64,000 bases of DNA, taken from Trueperaceae bacterium (GTDB taxonomy: Bacteria > Deinococcota > Deinococci > Deinococcales > Trueperaceae). The translations under genes and the position numbers were made by a program. The DNA is taken from contig OZ243913.1 of the NCBI GenBank assembly GCA_965213705.1, forward strand, positions 2,144,001 to 2,208,000, read 5' to 3'. The notes beneath the pieces were generated by a model. That model was not told the DNA's origin. It ran no database searches and saw only the letters and a list, made by a program, of their open reading frames with translations. Of the stretch, positions 1 to 9,781 are shown piece by piece. Each line of letters starts with the position of its first letter. The stretch's first letter is position 1.

Positions 1-692
1 AACTGGTAGTCGACCGACGAGTCGCCGAAGCCTTGCGCGATAAAGACGGGCTCGGGCTCGTCTAAGCAGAGTTTGTTGTTATAGGCGACCTCTTTCAGCA
101 GCTTGACGACCTCGCCCAAGTCCTCTTTGTAGGCGACGCCGACGTTTATGTCGACCCGGCGCAGCGGAAAGCGGTTGAGGTTGGTGATTTTCGTCTTCAC
201 CATCGTCTCGTTGGGAATGCGGATGAACAGGTTGTCAAAGGTACGCAGCTTCGTCGACAACAGGTCGATGCTTAGCACCTCGCCCGTGACGCCGTCGACG
301 GTGATGACGTCGCCGACTTCGACAGCGCGCTCCAGCACCACGAACAGCCCGCTGATAAGGTTCGACACCGACGTTTGCGACGCGAAACCGACCGCCAGGG
401 TGACGATGCCCGCCGCGCCGAGTAGCACCCCGAAGTCGAAGCCGAGTTCGCGCAACGCCGAGACGAAAAACAAACCCAAAATCGCGTAGGAGACGGTGCG
501 CCTGAGCAGCATGAGCTGCTGCCGCGACAGGGTTTTTCCAAAGGCCCGCACCGCGCCCACCCTGGCTAAACGCGCCAACACAAAACCGCTGACAATCAAA
601 ATAACGGCTTTTAAAACTGAGCCCAGTGCCTCGACCTGCCACACCTGGGCGACCCAGGTGGACAGGCTCGAGCGCAGCGCCTCTAAAGTCAC
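1..692 (-). CDS. mscS: Small-conductance mechanosensitive channel (MscS family), 3'-truncated by window edge
   Basis: Manual translation of a frame missing from the ORF track: GVLLGAAGIVTLAVGFASQTSVSNLISGLFVVLERAVEVGDVITVDGVTGEVLSIDLLSTKLRTFDNLFIRIPNE. GTG start overlaps the upstream stop (GTGA). Confidence 0.9.
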   Translation of the reverse strand, partial: MTLEALRSSLSTWVAQVWQVEALGSVLKAVILIVSGFVLARLARVGAVRAFGKTLSRQQLMLLRRTVSYAILGLFFVSALRELGFDFGVLLGAAGIVTLAVGFASQTSVSNLISGLFVVLERAVEVGDVITVDGVTGEVLSIDLLSTKLRTFDNLFIRIPNETMVKTKITNLNRFPLRRVDINVGVAYKEDLGEVVKLLKEVAYNNKLCLDEPEPVFIAQGFGDSSVDYQ

Positions 693-1492
693 ACGTCCTC
701 CTTGAACAGTTTGCTAAAGGCGCGCACTACCAGGTTTTTGTCCGCGTGTTGGCGGGGCTCGCCCAGGCGCACGGTCGGTCCGACCTCGCGCGGCACCTTT
801 TTGGAAACCTCCAGGCCCGCCAAGTCGCCGTCCGCTTCGCGCTCCAGGGTGACTTTCGGCGTCCACAAAAACCGGCTCTCGCCGCGGTACACCGCGAGGT
901 ACTGGACCGGCAGCTTGACGCGTTCTAAGAGCAGCGGGTTGCCCGCCCGGTTGCGCACGCACACCGGCGTGACCGCGCGGTGCGGGCGGAACACCAGCTC
1001 GCCCAGGCTCAAACGCCCGGCGGTGCGGCTGGCGTAACAGAACTCACCCGCGACGGTCGACGACCCGAACCAGGTGTCGGACGGGCGGTACGTGGGCAGC
1101 TCGAGCAGCGTCCCCGTCTTCTCCAGACCGACGCGCACCCACACCGGCGTGCTGACGTACAGGGTCGCCTCTTCGCCGCTCGGAACGTACAGCGGCACCT
1201 CCGGCTTGACCACGACGGCGCGGTCGGCCAGCACGGGGGCCAGGTTCAAGCCCGTCCCGGTTTTCCCGAAGCCGAAGCGCAGCTGCTCGGCACCCTCGGG
1301 CGGCGCGAGTTCGGCGGGGAGAGCGACGTCCACGGCGCTCTCGACGGGGTCGTCTTCCTGGCGGTAAGCCACGCGCCACTCGTGGGCTAAGTTACTCACC
1401 CACAGCTCCAAGGGGCCGACGCGCCAGTACCCCGTCACGCCCTCGGCCAACGCGAAGTCGCCCCAGGGGCTCGTTTTTGTTTCGGCTGCCAT
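689..1492 (-). CDS. Conserved hypothetical protein (possibly DUF432-like), coupled to mscS
   Basis: 267-aa ORF with a PSDTWFG...GEFCYA motif; family assignment is tentative. Confidence 0.6.
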   Translation of the reverse strand: MAAETKTSPWGDFALAEGVTGYWRVGPLELWVSNLAHEWRVAYRQEDDPVESAVDVALPAELAPPEGAEQLRFGFGKTGTGLNLAPVLADRAVVVKPEVPLYVPSGEEATLYVSTPVWVRVGLEKTGTLLELPTYRPSDTWFGSSTVAGEFCYASRTAGRLSLGELVFRPHRAVTPVCVRNRAGNPLLLERVKLPVQYLAVYRGESRFLWTPKVTLEREADGDLAGLEVSKKVPREVGPTVRLGEPRQHADKNLVVRAFSKLFKEDV

Positions 1493-1541
1493 AATTCAGC
1501 TTACCGCAGGCCCTGGCCTCAAGCCCAGACCTCGAGCCTCC

Positions 1542-2837
1542 TCAACCCATGCGCGCGGGCAAAAACAGGGCGAGTTGGGGGAACGCCGTCAGCAGCGCGG
1601 CCAACCCTAACAGCACGAGGAAAAAGGGAAAGGCGGCTCGAGCGACAAAGCCGATAGACTTGCCGCTCACGCCCTGAATTACGAACAAGTTGAAGCCGAC
1701 CGGCGGCGTAATCTGCGCGGCCTCGACCATCAGCACCAAAAAGATGCCGAACCACAGCGGCGAAAACCCGGCCGCCACGACCAGCGGCAGCGTGATGGGC
1801 AGCGTCACCACAATCATCGAAATGCCGTCCAAAAAGAAGCCCAGCAGGATATAAAACCCGACCAGCACCGCGACGAGCGCGTAAGGCGACAAACCCATGC
1901 CGACAATCGTTTGGGCCAGGGCCTTGGGGATGCCGAGCACGCCCATCGCGGTCGAGAGCACGGCCGCGCCCGCGACGATTAAACCGATCATGCAGGTGGT
2001 CCGCACCGAGCCGAGCACCGCCTCGAGAAAGCCCTCAAGCGTGAGCGTCCGGTAGAGGAGCGCCAGCAGCAGCGCCCCGACCACGCCGATGGCCGCCGAC
2101 TCGGTCGGCGTGGCGAGCCCCGCGTAGATGCTGCCCAGCACCGCCAAGATGAGCAAGGTGACCGGCAGCAAACCCAGCAACCCGCGCCACCGTTGCGCCC
2201 AGGTGTAGCGCTCACTGCGTTCCGGCGTGAGCGCGGGCCGCACCAAACTGATGCCGACGATGTAGAGCATAAACCCGCTCGCCAGCAGCAAGCCGGGGAC
2301 GACGCCGGCGATAAACAGTTGCCCGATGGACACCTGCGCCAGCACGCCGTAAATAATCATCACGAGCGAGGGCGGGATGAGAAAGCCGAGCGTGCCCGCC
2401 CCGCCGAGCGAGCCCAGCACGAGCGCGTCGTTGTAGCCGCGCTTGCGCAGCTCAGGAATGGTGATTTTACCAATCGTCGCCGCCGTCGCCGCCGACGAGC
2501 CCGACACGGCGGCGAACAGGGTACTCGCGACGACGTTGGTGTGAACCAGGCCGCCGGGCAGGTTTTCCAACCACGGTGCCAGGCCTGCGAACATCCGCTC
2601 GGAGATTTTGGTGCGCAGCAGCAACTCGCCCATAAAGATGAACAGCGGCAGCGCCACGAGCGCCCACGAGTTCGTGCTGTTGAAACCGATGGTCGCTAAG
2701 ATGTTCAGGGCCGGAAGGGGCGCGAACAACTGCAGCGCGGTCACGGCGAGCAAAAACAGCGACACCGCCACCCACACGCTGAGGCCCAACAGTAAGAACA
2801 GCAAGGGCAAAAGGACGGCGAGGGCGGTCAGAAGCAA
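1542..2837 (-). CDS. dctM: TRAP transporter large permease
   Basis: Polytopic membrane protein with ALPLFIFMGELL, AVSGSSAATAA, GTLGFLIPPS, ATPTES and ITPPVGFNLFV motifs. Confidence 0.93.
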   Translation of the reverse strand: MLLTALAVLLPLLFLLLGLSVWVAVSLFLLAVTALQLFAPLPALNILATIGFNSTNSWALVALPLFIFMGELLLRTKISERMFAGLAPWLENLPGGLVHTNVVASTLFAAVSGSSAATAATIGKITIPELRKRGYNDALVLGSLGGAGTLGFLIPPSLVMIIYGVLAQVSIGQLFIAGVVPGLLLASGFMLYIVGISLVRPALTPERSERYTWAQRWRGLLGLLPVTLLILAVLGSIYAGLATPTESAAIGVVGALLLALLYRTLTLEGFLEAVLGSVRTTCMIGLIVAGAAVLSTAMGVLGIPKALAQTIVGMGLSPYALVAVLVGFYILLGFFLDGISMIVVTLPITLPLVVAAGFSPLWFGIFLVLMVEAAQITPPVGFNLFVIQGVSGKSIGFVARAAFPFFLVLLGLAALLTAFPQLALFLPARMG

Positions 2838-2854
2838 GGTTACCTCCGGTTGGG

Positions 2855-2940
2855 TGGGGGAGTAGGGGAGTAGGATGTTGGGAAGTAGAAGTTTTACTTT
2901 CCACTTTCTACTCGGTCCTCGGTACTTTTTTCCTCTCTAC
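2855..2940. repeat. Purine/pyrimidine short-unit palindromic intergenic repeat, copy 1
   Basis: GGGAGTA/GGAAGTA units followed by TACTTTC/CACTTTC units. The 26-nt core at 2891-2916 is identical to 7828-7853. Confidence 0.7.
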
Positions 2941-3449
2941 AGCGACTGTGTGATGGGTGCCCGCTTCGCGCCGGGCAGCCAGGACTCGGCGACCATCACG
3001 AAGAACTGGAGCCAGAGCAGCGCGGCCCCCAGCGCGACCGCCCCGTGCGGCACGGCGAGGGGCGTCCGTGACGGCATAAACGAGCGCGAGGCGTAGGTAA
3101 CCGACGTCAAAAACTGCTTCCCAAAGGCGTAGACCAGCAGCGTCGCAAAAAACAGGCCGACCAGCAGCACGAAGCGCTCGAGCCACAAACCCGCCCGCTC
3201 GCCTAAGCGCTCGCGCAAGATTTCGACGCGGATGTGCTCACCTCTTTGCAGCGTGTAAGCCGCGCCTAAGTAAATCATCGCCGCCAAAAAGTAACCGCTG
3301 TACTCTTCGGCCACTTGCGTCGAGCGGCCGAAAAAGGTGCGCAGGACGATTTCAGTGGTGATGAGCGCGGTGGTGGCGACCAGGAGCAGGCCCGCCAGCC
3401 AGCCGCCGAACGCCACTACGCGTTTGAGAAGTTTGAGCACCGGACGCAC
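2937..3449 (-). CDS. dctQ: TRAP transporter small permease
   Basis: C-terminal part of ORF 2937..4016 (EIVLRTFFGRS..AEEYSGY..GAAYTLQRGEHIRVE); GTG start at 3449. Confidence 0.88.
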   Translation of the reverse strand: MRPVLKLLKRVVAFGGWLAGLLLVATTALITTEIVLRTFFGRSTQVAEEYSGYFLAAMIYLGAAYTLQRGEHIRVEILRERLGERAGLWLERFVLLVGLFFATLLVYAFGKQFLTSVTYASRSFMPSRTPLAVPHGAVALGAALLWLQFFVMVAESWLPGAKRAPITQSL

Positions 3450-3460
3450 GGCCGAGCGCG

Positions 3461-4438
3461 CTACTGTCCGCGGAACGTCGTCAAAACCTCGGCACCTTCG
3501 TCCCCGGCCAGCTCGAGCCAGCTCGTTTCCAGGTCGGCCGCGACCCCTCGCATCGCTTCGACAAGTTCGGGCGCAACCTCGCTCGTCACGGTCATCCCGT
3601 TGCTCTCCAAGGTGGCGACCGCGGCGTCGTCGGCTCCTCGGGACGCCGCCCACTGCGCGGTTTCGGTCTCGGCGGCGGCCTCCAGCAGGGCGTTTTGTTC
3701 GCTTTCGCTGAGCCTGTTGAAGGCGTCTAAGTTCACCGTCACCATGTTGAGCGGGAAGGCGTAGCCGATGCGGGTAAAGTCGTTCGTGACTTCCCACAGC
3801 GAGGCGTCGACGCCGGTCTGCGACGAGGTCAAAACCGAGTTGATAAGGCCGGTCGAAAGTGCGGTGTAGAGTTCGCTGAAGGGAATCGCCAGCCCTTGCG
3901 CCCCCAAGCCCTCGGCGAACTTGGCGCTGTTGGCGTCGTAGGTGCGCATCTTGAGGCCCTGGATGTCGCTCGGCGCGGTCAGCGGCGTCGCGGTGTAGAT
4001 GCCGCTCGGCGGCCACGGCGCGGCGTAGAGCAACCGCTGGTTGTTGCGCTCCAGCGCGGCCTCGTAAGCGGGCTTGGCGGTTTCATAGAGGGCGCGAGCC
4101 TCGTCATAAGACCCGACCAGCAGCGGCAACGAACTGAGGCCGAACAGCGGCACGTCGCCCTGCGCGTTGCCCATCAGGTTCTCGGCGATGGGCAGCGTGC
4201 CGTCGCGCACCACGCCCAGCACCTCCTGCCCCTGAAACCCGAGCGAGCCGCCCGCGTTGACGTCGATGACCAGACTGCCGCCGGTCTTTTCACTCACCAA
4301 GTCGGCAAAGTTCAGCACGCCCTGCGTGTGAAAGTTCGTCTCGGGCCAGGCGACGTGCATCGTCCACTTCGTCTGGGCGAAACCGGAAGAAACGAACAGC
4401 AAAACGACGAGTAAAAGAATCCTGCGGACATTCGGCAT
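3461..4438 (-). CDS. dctP: TRAP transporter substrate-binding protein
   Basis: Signal peptide MPNVRRILLLVVLLFVSSGFA; DIQGLKMRTYD and ELYTALSTG motifs. Confidence 0.92.
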   Translation of the reverse strand: MPNVRRILLLVVLLFVSSGFAQTKWTMHVAWPETNFHTQGVLNFADLVSEKTGGSLVIDVNAGGSLGFQGQEVLGVVRDGTLPIAENLMGNAQGDVPLFGLSSLPLLVGSYDEARALYETAKPAYEAALERNNQRLLYAAPWPPSGIYTATPLTAPSDIQGLKMRTYDANSAKFAEGLGAQGLAIPFSELYTALSTGLINSVLTSSQTGVDASLWEVTNDFTRIGYAFPLNMVTVNLDAFNRLSESEQNALLEAAAETETAQWAASRGADDAAVATLESNGMTVTSEVAPELVEAMRGVAADLETSWLELAGDEGAEVLTTFRGQ

Positions 4439-4699
4439 GGCGCTGACCTCCTGAAAGACGTTAGGGTCACGGCTCGAGATGGTTTGTAACCCTTTGCGCC
4501 AAAATAACATTTACTTTGTGAAAAGCTTGTGAGAGACCGAAGCTGCGTCCATTTTGAAAATTGGTAAGTTAGACTCGAGTGTACTTGCCTGACGTTAGAA
4601 ACCTTTTTTAACCTTGACACGCTCCTCTTAAACCCTGAATAATCATTTCAGCAAAACCAGACTGGCGGTTCACTGAGTGAAACAAATTAGGTTGACAAA

Positions 4700-5536
4700 G
4701 TGAAGCGAACCGACGTGCCGACGCAAGAGCGGCCGCTTTACCTGCTCGAGTTCTTCAGTCTCGCCCAACCCGCGTGGGGCCTGAGCGAGCTGGCGCAGGC
4801 GAGCGGCTTGCCCAAGGCGAGCTGTCTGCGGGCGCTGCGCGTTTTGGAAACGTACGGCCTCGTGCAGCGGAGCGAGCAGCGTTACCGCTTGGGCGCGCGC
4901 CTCATCGCCCTGGGCAGCCTGGTTCAGGAGAGCTTTCCGCCCCGCCGGGTCGCGCTGCCACACCTGCAAACCCTCCGCGACGCAACTCTGCAGTCGGCGC
5001 AGTGGGTGGTGCTGGAGGGGCTCGAGGGCGTTTACCTGGAGGTCGTCGAGTCGCGCTCGAGGGTGCGGCTGTACATCGCGCCCGGACGCCGCGCGCCGCT
5101 CTACGCCGGAGCCTCGACGCGGCTGCTGCTCGCCTTTGCCGACGCCGAGGTGCAGAACGAGGTGTTCGCAACCAAGCGGGTGCGCTACACCAGCACGACC
5201 CCGACCGACGCGGGCCAGCTCCGCGCCCTGTTGCGGACGAGCCGCCAGACCTGGTTCGCGGCGAGCTTCGGCGAGCTGGAGGCTTTTTCCGCCGAACTCG
5301 CCGCGCCGGTCTTCGGCGGCAAGGGCGAACTCGTCGCTACCGTCAGCGTCGCCGGGGCCGAGACGCACTACCGCGACTTGGTAACCCTGCGGGGCTACGT
5401 CGCCGCCCTGAACACGGCGGCCGAACGCGTCTCGCGCGAACTCGGGTTCGAAGCGCCGTGGGGCGGCGACCCGGCGGCGTTTATGAAGTCCATCGAAGCC
5501 AGGGTCGCCTTTTTGAACGCGGACGCGGTAGGCTAA
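4700..5536 (+). CDS. IclR-family transcriptional regulator (KipR-like)
   Basis: N-terminal HTH (LSELAQASGLPKASCLRALRVL) and GRRAPLYAGAS..LLLA effector domain; divergent from the TRAP operon. Confidence 0.9.
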   Translation: MKRTDVPTQERPLYLLEFFSLAQPAWGLSELAQASGLPKASCLRALRVLETYGLVQRSEQRYRLGARLIALGSLVQESFPPRRVALPHLQTLRDATLQSAQWVVLEGLEGVYLEVVESRSRVRLYIAPGRRAPLYAGASTRLLLAFADAEVQNEVFATKRVRYTSTTPTDAGQLRALLRTSRQTWFAASFGELEAFSAELAAPVFGGKGELVATVSVAGAETHYRDLVTLRGYVAALNTAAERVSRELGFEAPWGGDPAAFMKSIEARVAFLNADAVG

Positions 5537-5539
5537 CTT

Positions 5540-6304
5540 ATGCCGACCATCGACCTCAACGCCGACGCGGGCGAAGCCTTCGGACGCTGGCGGGTTGCCG
5601 ACGAAACGGCGTTGTTCCCGCACCTGACCTCGGTCAACCTGGCCTGCGGTTTCCACGCGGGCGACCCACGGACCATCCTCGAGTCCGTACGCCTCGCCAA
5701 GCGTTTCAGTGTGGCCGTCGGCGCTCACCCCGGTTTCCCTGACAAAGTCGGCTTCGGGCGGCGCGACCTGGCTGCTACGGAAGACGAGGTCTACGCCGAC
5801 ACCTTGTACCAGCTCGGCGCGTTGGGCGCGTTCTTAAAGCTCGAGTCCCTCCCCATGCACCACGTCAAGGCGCACGGCGCGCTTTACCTGAAGATGGCGC
5901 GGGACGAGAGGACGGCTCGCGGGGTCTCGGCAGCCGTCGCCGCCTTCGACCCCGCGCTGCCGCTCGTCGTGCTGGGCGGGCCGGGCGGCGAAACCATGCA
6001 GCGGGCCGCCGAGGCCGCCGGTCTAAAAACGGTCGCCGAGGCTTTCCCCGACCGCGCCTACTTAGCCGACGGCTCCCTCGCCCCGCGCGGCTTGACCGGG
6101 GCCGTCCTGGACGACCCCGAGCGCGTCGCCGAGCGCGCTATAAAAATGGCGACCGGTGCCGCCCTGGACGCCCTGGACGGCGGCACGGTCACCGTGCAGG
6201 CCGACACGCTCTGCCTCCACGGCGACAACGACCACGCCCCCGCCAACGCCGCCGCGGTGCGCCGCGCCCTGGCCGCGGCGGGCGTCGAGGTACGCACGTT
6301 CTAA
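5540..6304 (+). CDS. pxpA: 5-oxoprolinase subunit A (LamB/YcsF)
   Basis: IDLNADAGE, NLACGFHAGD, GAHPGFPD..GFGRR, HVKAHGALY, EAFPDRAY and TLCLHGD motifs. Confidence 0.95.
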   Translation: MPTIDLNADAGEAFGRWRVADETALFPHLTSVNLACGFHAGDPRTILESVRLAKRFSVAVGAHPGFPDKVGFGRRDLAATEDEVYADTLYQLGALGAFLKLESLPMHHVKAHGALYLKMARDERTARGVSAAVAAFDPALPLVVLGGPGGETMQRAAEAAGLKTVAEAFPDRAYLADGSLAPRGLTGAVLDDPERVAERAIKMATGAALDALDGGTVTVQADTLCLHGDNDHAPANAAAVRRALAAAGVEVRTF

Positions 6305-7797
6305 CCCGTGGGCTCTACCTGACCTTCGGCACGGGCCTGAGCCGCGAAGCGAACGCCGCGGTTCACGCGCACGCCGCCGCCCTTCTGCAAACTCTTCTCC
6401 CCGGCGTCACCGACGTCTTGCCGGGTTACAGCAACCTTTACATCGAATACGACGCCGCCGTCTTGACCGAAGAAACCGTTTTGCGCTGGGCCGAGGCGGT
6501 GGACACGGCCGGGGACAGAAGTGCCCCCCGCACCGTCACCGTACCCGTGCGTTACGACGGTGAGGACTTAGCCGAGGTCGCCGCCCGCACCGGTTTGAAC
6601 GTGGACGAGGTCGTGCAGCGGCACAGTTCGACGCCGTACCACGTCTACGCGCTGGGTTTTACGCCCGGTTTTCCGTTTATGGCCTCGGTCGACGAAGCGT
6701 TACGGCTGCCCCGCCGCGCCTCACCGCGCGCCGCCGTGCCCGCCCACAGCGTGGCGATAGCGAACGAACAAACCGGCGTCTACCCCTTGAGCACGCCGGG
6801 CGGTTGGAACTTGCTCGGCACGACCCTCGAGCCCGTTTACGACCCGCACCGCCCCGAGCCTTTTTTGCTGCGACCGGGCGACCGCGTGAAGTTCGAGCCC
6901 ACCCAGGGCGACGCGCCGCCGGAACCGAGGCGGCTCGAGCTGCTGCCCTTAGAACCGCGCCACCCCTTGTTTAAAGTCCATACCCCCGGCCTCCTCGACC
7001 TCGTCCTCGACCGCGGGCGCTTTTTGGCGGGCCGCTTCGGGCTCGGTCGGAGCGGCCCGCTGGACGCCGCCCTCGCCGCCCTCGCCAACCGCCTGCTCGG
7101 CAACCCGCCCGACGCCCCGCTCGTCGAACTCACCCTCACCGGCCCCACGCTCGAGGTGCTTCAAAAAGGCGTGCTCGCCTTTGCGGGCTGGTCGCTGCTG
7201 CCCGTCCTGAACGGGGAGGTGCGGGCACCTTTCTCGAGCTTTGGGGTCAAACGGGGCGACGTGTTGAGTTTTCAGCCTCAATCCAGAGGCTGCCGCAGCT
7301 ACTTAGCCGTGGCGGGCGGATTTCAGAGCAACACTTTTATGGGCAGCGCGTCGACTGACTTGAAAGGCTACGTCGGCCGACCCCTGAAAGGAGGCGACGT
7401 GTTGGGACAGGCCGAGCGGCGCACGCCTCGAGCGGGCCGCAGCTTCCAGCCCTACCGTTTCTTTTCGGAGGTCGAAACGCTGCGCCTGTTGCCGGGGCCG
7501 CAACCCAGTTCGGACGCCCTCGCCGTCCTGTTCGGAAACGCCTTCACCGTGGCGAGCGCGGACCGGATGGGGATTCGGCTCGAGGGTGCAACCGTCCCCG
7601 GCGGCGAAGTCTTGTCCCAAGCGATTCCCTTAGGAGCCGTGCAGGTCACGCCGAGCGGGATGCCGATTCTTCTCCTCCACGACCGCGGCACGCTGGGCGG
7701 TTACGCCAAGCCCGCCCTGCTGCACCCGCGCGACCTGGGCCGGGCGGCGCAGTTGCGACCGGGTGCGTTGGTGCGGTTTGTACCGGTAGAGGAGTAG
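6301..7797 (+). CDS. pxpBC: Fused 5-oxoprolinase subunits B+C (KipI/KipA-like); start uncertain
   Basis: LGFTPGFPF, QTGVYP..TPGGWNLLG, SADRMGIRL and DRGTLGGYAK motifs. The frame is open and protein-like from about 6301, but the first canonical start codon is TTG at 6418. Confidence 0.88.
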   Translation, partial: LTRGLYLTFGTGLSREANAAVHAHAAALLQTLLPGVTDVLPGYSNLYIEYDAAVLTEETVLRWAEAVDTAGDRSAPRTVTVPVRYDGEDLAEVAARTGLNVDEVVQRHSSTPYHVYALGFTPGFPFMASVDEALRLPRRASPRAAVPAHSVAIANEQTGVYPLSTPGGWNLLGTTLEPVYDPHRPEPFLLRPGDRVKFEPTQGDAPPEPRRLELLPLEPRHPLFKVHTPGLLDLVLDRGRFLAGRFGLGRSGPLDAALAALANRLLGNPPDAPLVELTLTGPTLEVLQKGVLAFAGWSLLPVLNGEVRAPFSSFGVKRGDVLSFQPQSRGCRSYLAVAGGFQSNTFMGSASTDLKGYVGRPLKGGDVLGQAERRTPRAGRSFQPYRFFSEVETLRLLPGPQPSSDALAVLFGNAFTVASADRMGIRLEGATVPGGEVLSQAIPLGAVQVTPSGMPILLLHDRGTLGGYAKPALLHPRDLGRAAQLRPGALVRFVPVEE

Positions 7798-7870
7798 GGG
7801 AGAGGAAGTAGGAAGTAAAGACTTTTGGTTTTACTTTCCACTTTCTACTCGGTACTTTTCACTTCTTTCA
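7791..7870. repeat. Purine/pyrimidine short-unit palindromic repeat, copy 2
   Basis: Same architecture and 26-nt core as 2855-2940. It lies between convergent genes and supplies the stop codon of the antitoxin ORF. Confidence 0.7.
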
Positions 7871-8216
7871 GCATCCCCTCACGCTTTTCCTCTTCGTAAA
7901 GCCGCTCGCCGACAAACTGTTTGAGGAGCGTCTGGTAGCCGGTGCCCTTCTTAAAGGCCAACGCCTTGAGGCGTTTGATGACGTCTGCCTCGAGCCGAAT
8001 CGAGGTGGTGCTCGAGCGCACCTTTGGGCGAGGCGGGGGCAGGTGGCTCGGCCGTTCGGCAGGGCGCTCGAACGCTGCTGCGTCCAAGTCGTGCTCGTCC
8101 CACCACGCTTGCTCCTCCGCCTCAGTTTCGAAATCGGGTACCTCTTGCAAACTTGCGACGGTGGCGCGTTCGCTCGCGCTCTTCGGGGTTGGTTTTTCCC
8201 TGGTCTTTGTGGTCAC
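7845..8216 (-). CDS. BrnA/CopG-like antitoxin
   Basis: VPDFETEAEEQAWWDEHD...TSIRLEADVIKRLKALA..KGTGYQTLLK; lies downstream of the brnT-like gene. Confidence 0.85.
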   Translation of the reverse strand: MTTKTREKPTPKSASERATVASLQEVPDFETEAEEQAWWDEHDLDAAAFERPAERPSHLPPPRPKVRSSTTSIRLEADVIKRLKALAFKKGTGYQTLLKQFVGERLYEEEKREGMLKEVKSTE

Positions 8217-8479
8217 CTCTGCTCCTTTCGGTACCGTCTTTTCTGGGTGTCATTGGCCTCTCGAGCCGTAACCGGCCTGATGTCGTCACCGCGCAAGGTG
8301 TAGACGACGAACAAAATCCGCCCTGCTTCGCTCGCGCCGATGATGGCGAAACGGCGCTCTACCGTTTTGCGAGCGGTCACCGTCAACAAGTCGGGATCTA
8401 ACAAAGCTTCCTCGACCTCATAAGGCTCGAGCCCGTGCCGTGCGATGTGGTCGATATTCGCATCATCCTAGTCGAACAA
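8213..8479 (-). pseudogene. brnT: BrnT-family toxin with premature amber stop at codon 4
   Basis: AGGAG RBS, then TTG TTC GAC TAG GAT GAT GCG AAT ATC GAC CAC = LFD*DDANIDHIARHG...ILFVVYTLRGDDIRPVTAREA. TAG at 8468-8470 sits where BrnT has F-x-W-D. Confidence 0.85.
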
Positions 8480-8583
8480 AAAGCCGCTCCTGACCTGCGC
8501 CTGAGTTTAAGTCTGTGTACCGACGATTGTCAATATACTGGTTTCTAATGATACTGACGGTCTCGGCACAGGTAAACTGGCGC

Positions 8584-9762
8584 ATGGACTGGATTAAAAC
8601 GGCGCAAGCCGAACTCGAGCGGCAAGGTTTGGCGGGCTGGCTTCTCTACGACTTTCGCGGCAGCAACCCCGTCGCCAAGCGGTTTCTCGACCTCGGCGGG
8701 GGCCTCCTCAGCCGCCGCGTCTTTTTGTACCTTCCCGCCGTCGGCACCCCGACCCTCCTCCTCCACGCCATCGAGCGCGGCTCATTGCCCGAACTTCCCT
8801 TTAAGGTGCGCGCCTACAGCAGCCGAGAATCGTTGAAGGAAGAATTGAAGAAGATGCTGCCGCAAGCCAAAGTCGCCCTGGAGTATTCTCCCGACAACGA
8901 CATCCCTTATATTTCTCATGTCGATGCTGGCACGGTCGACATGCTGCGCGGGCTCGGCGTGGAAGTCGTGAGTTCAGCCGACCTCCTGCAAGCCTTCAGC
9001 GCCTGGACGCCCGAACAGCTCGACGCCCACCTGAAAGCCGCCGAGCACGTGCTGCAGGCCAAAGACATCACCTTCGAATTCCTGTCCCTACAAACGCAGA
9101 TGGGCACGACGATTCGGGAGACGACCCTGCAAAAGGTCATCACCGACTACTTCGACGCGCAGGGGCTCGAGTACGACCACCCGCCCATCGTCGGTTTCGG
9201 CCCGCACGCGGGCGACCCACACTATTCTCCCAAAGCGGGCGCGGACGCCGTCCTCAAGCCGGGCGATGCCGTTTTAGTCGACCTCTGGGCCAAGCTGCCC
9301 GAACAAGACGCGCCCTATGCCGACATCACCTGGATGGGCTGCTACGGGGAACCCTCTGAAAAGTTGCAAGAGGTTTGGGAAACGGTGCGGGATGCTCGAG
9401 ACCTGGCCGTCGCCACCATCCAAAAAGCTTACGGCGAAGGCCGCTACCCGCAAGGCCGCGAAATCGACCGCGCCACGCGCGACTTTATCACCGGCAAGGG
9501 CTACGGCGACGCTTTTATTCACCGCACCGGCCACAGCTTGGGCACCCGGCACACCCACGGCGAGGCGGTTCACTTGGACGACTTCGAAACCCGCGACACC
9601 CGTGAGTTGCGGCCCGGCATCGCGGTGACGGTGGAGCCGGGGGTGTACCTGAAAGACTTCGGCGTGCGCAGCGAAATCAACCTTGTGTTGGAGGAGGGTG
9701 GGCCACGGGTGACGACGGAGGAGCAGCGGGAGTTGGTTGTCGTTCCGGTGCCGGGGAGTTAA
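8584..9762 (+). CDS. M24 family Xaa-Pro aminopeptidase/dipeptidase
   Basis: DPHY, YADITW, FIHRTGHSLG, TVEPGVY and GVRSEIN metal-binding motifs. Confidence 0.92.
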   Translation: MDWIKTAQAELERQGLAGWLLYDFRGSNPVAKRFLDLGGGLLSRRVFLYLPAVGTPTLLLHAIERGSLPELPFKVRAYSSRESLKEELKKMLPQAKVALEYSPDNDIPYISHVDAGTVDMLRGLGVEVVSSADLLQAFSAWTPEQLDAHLKAAEHVLQAKDITFEFLSLQTQMGTTIRETTLQKVITDYFDAQGLEYDHPPIVGFGPHAGDPHYSPKAGADAVLKPGDAVLVDLWAKLPEQDAPYADITWMGCYGEPSEKLQEVWETVRDARDLAVATIQKAYGEGRYPQGREIDRATRDFITGKGYGDAFIHRTGHSLGTRHTHGEAVHLDDFETRDTRELRPGIAVTVEPGVYLKDFGVRSEINLVLEEGGPRVTTEEQRELVVVPVPGS

Positions 9763-9781
9763 AGATTTGCGGAGAGGGTAG

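Noticed and set aside
2937..4016. 359-aa ORF, and similar long extensions (21304..22689, 27915..30164, 36685..38010)
   Set aside because: N-terminal extensions overlap real genes in other frames; true starts are internal.
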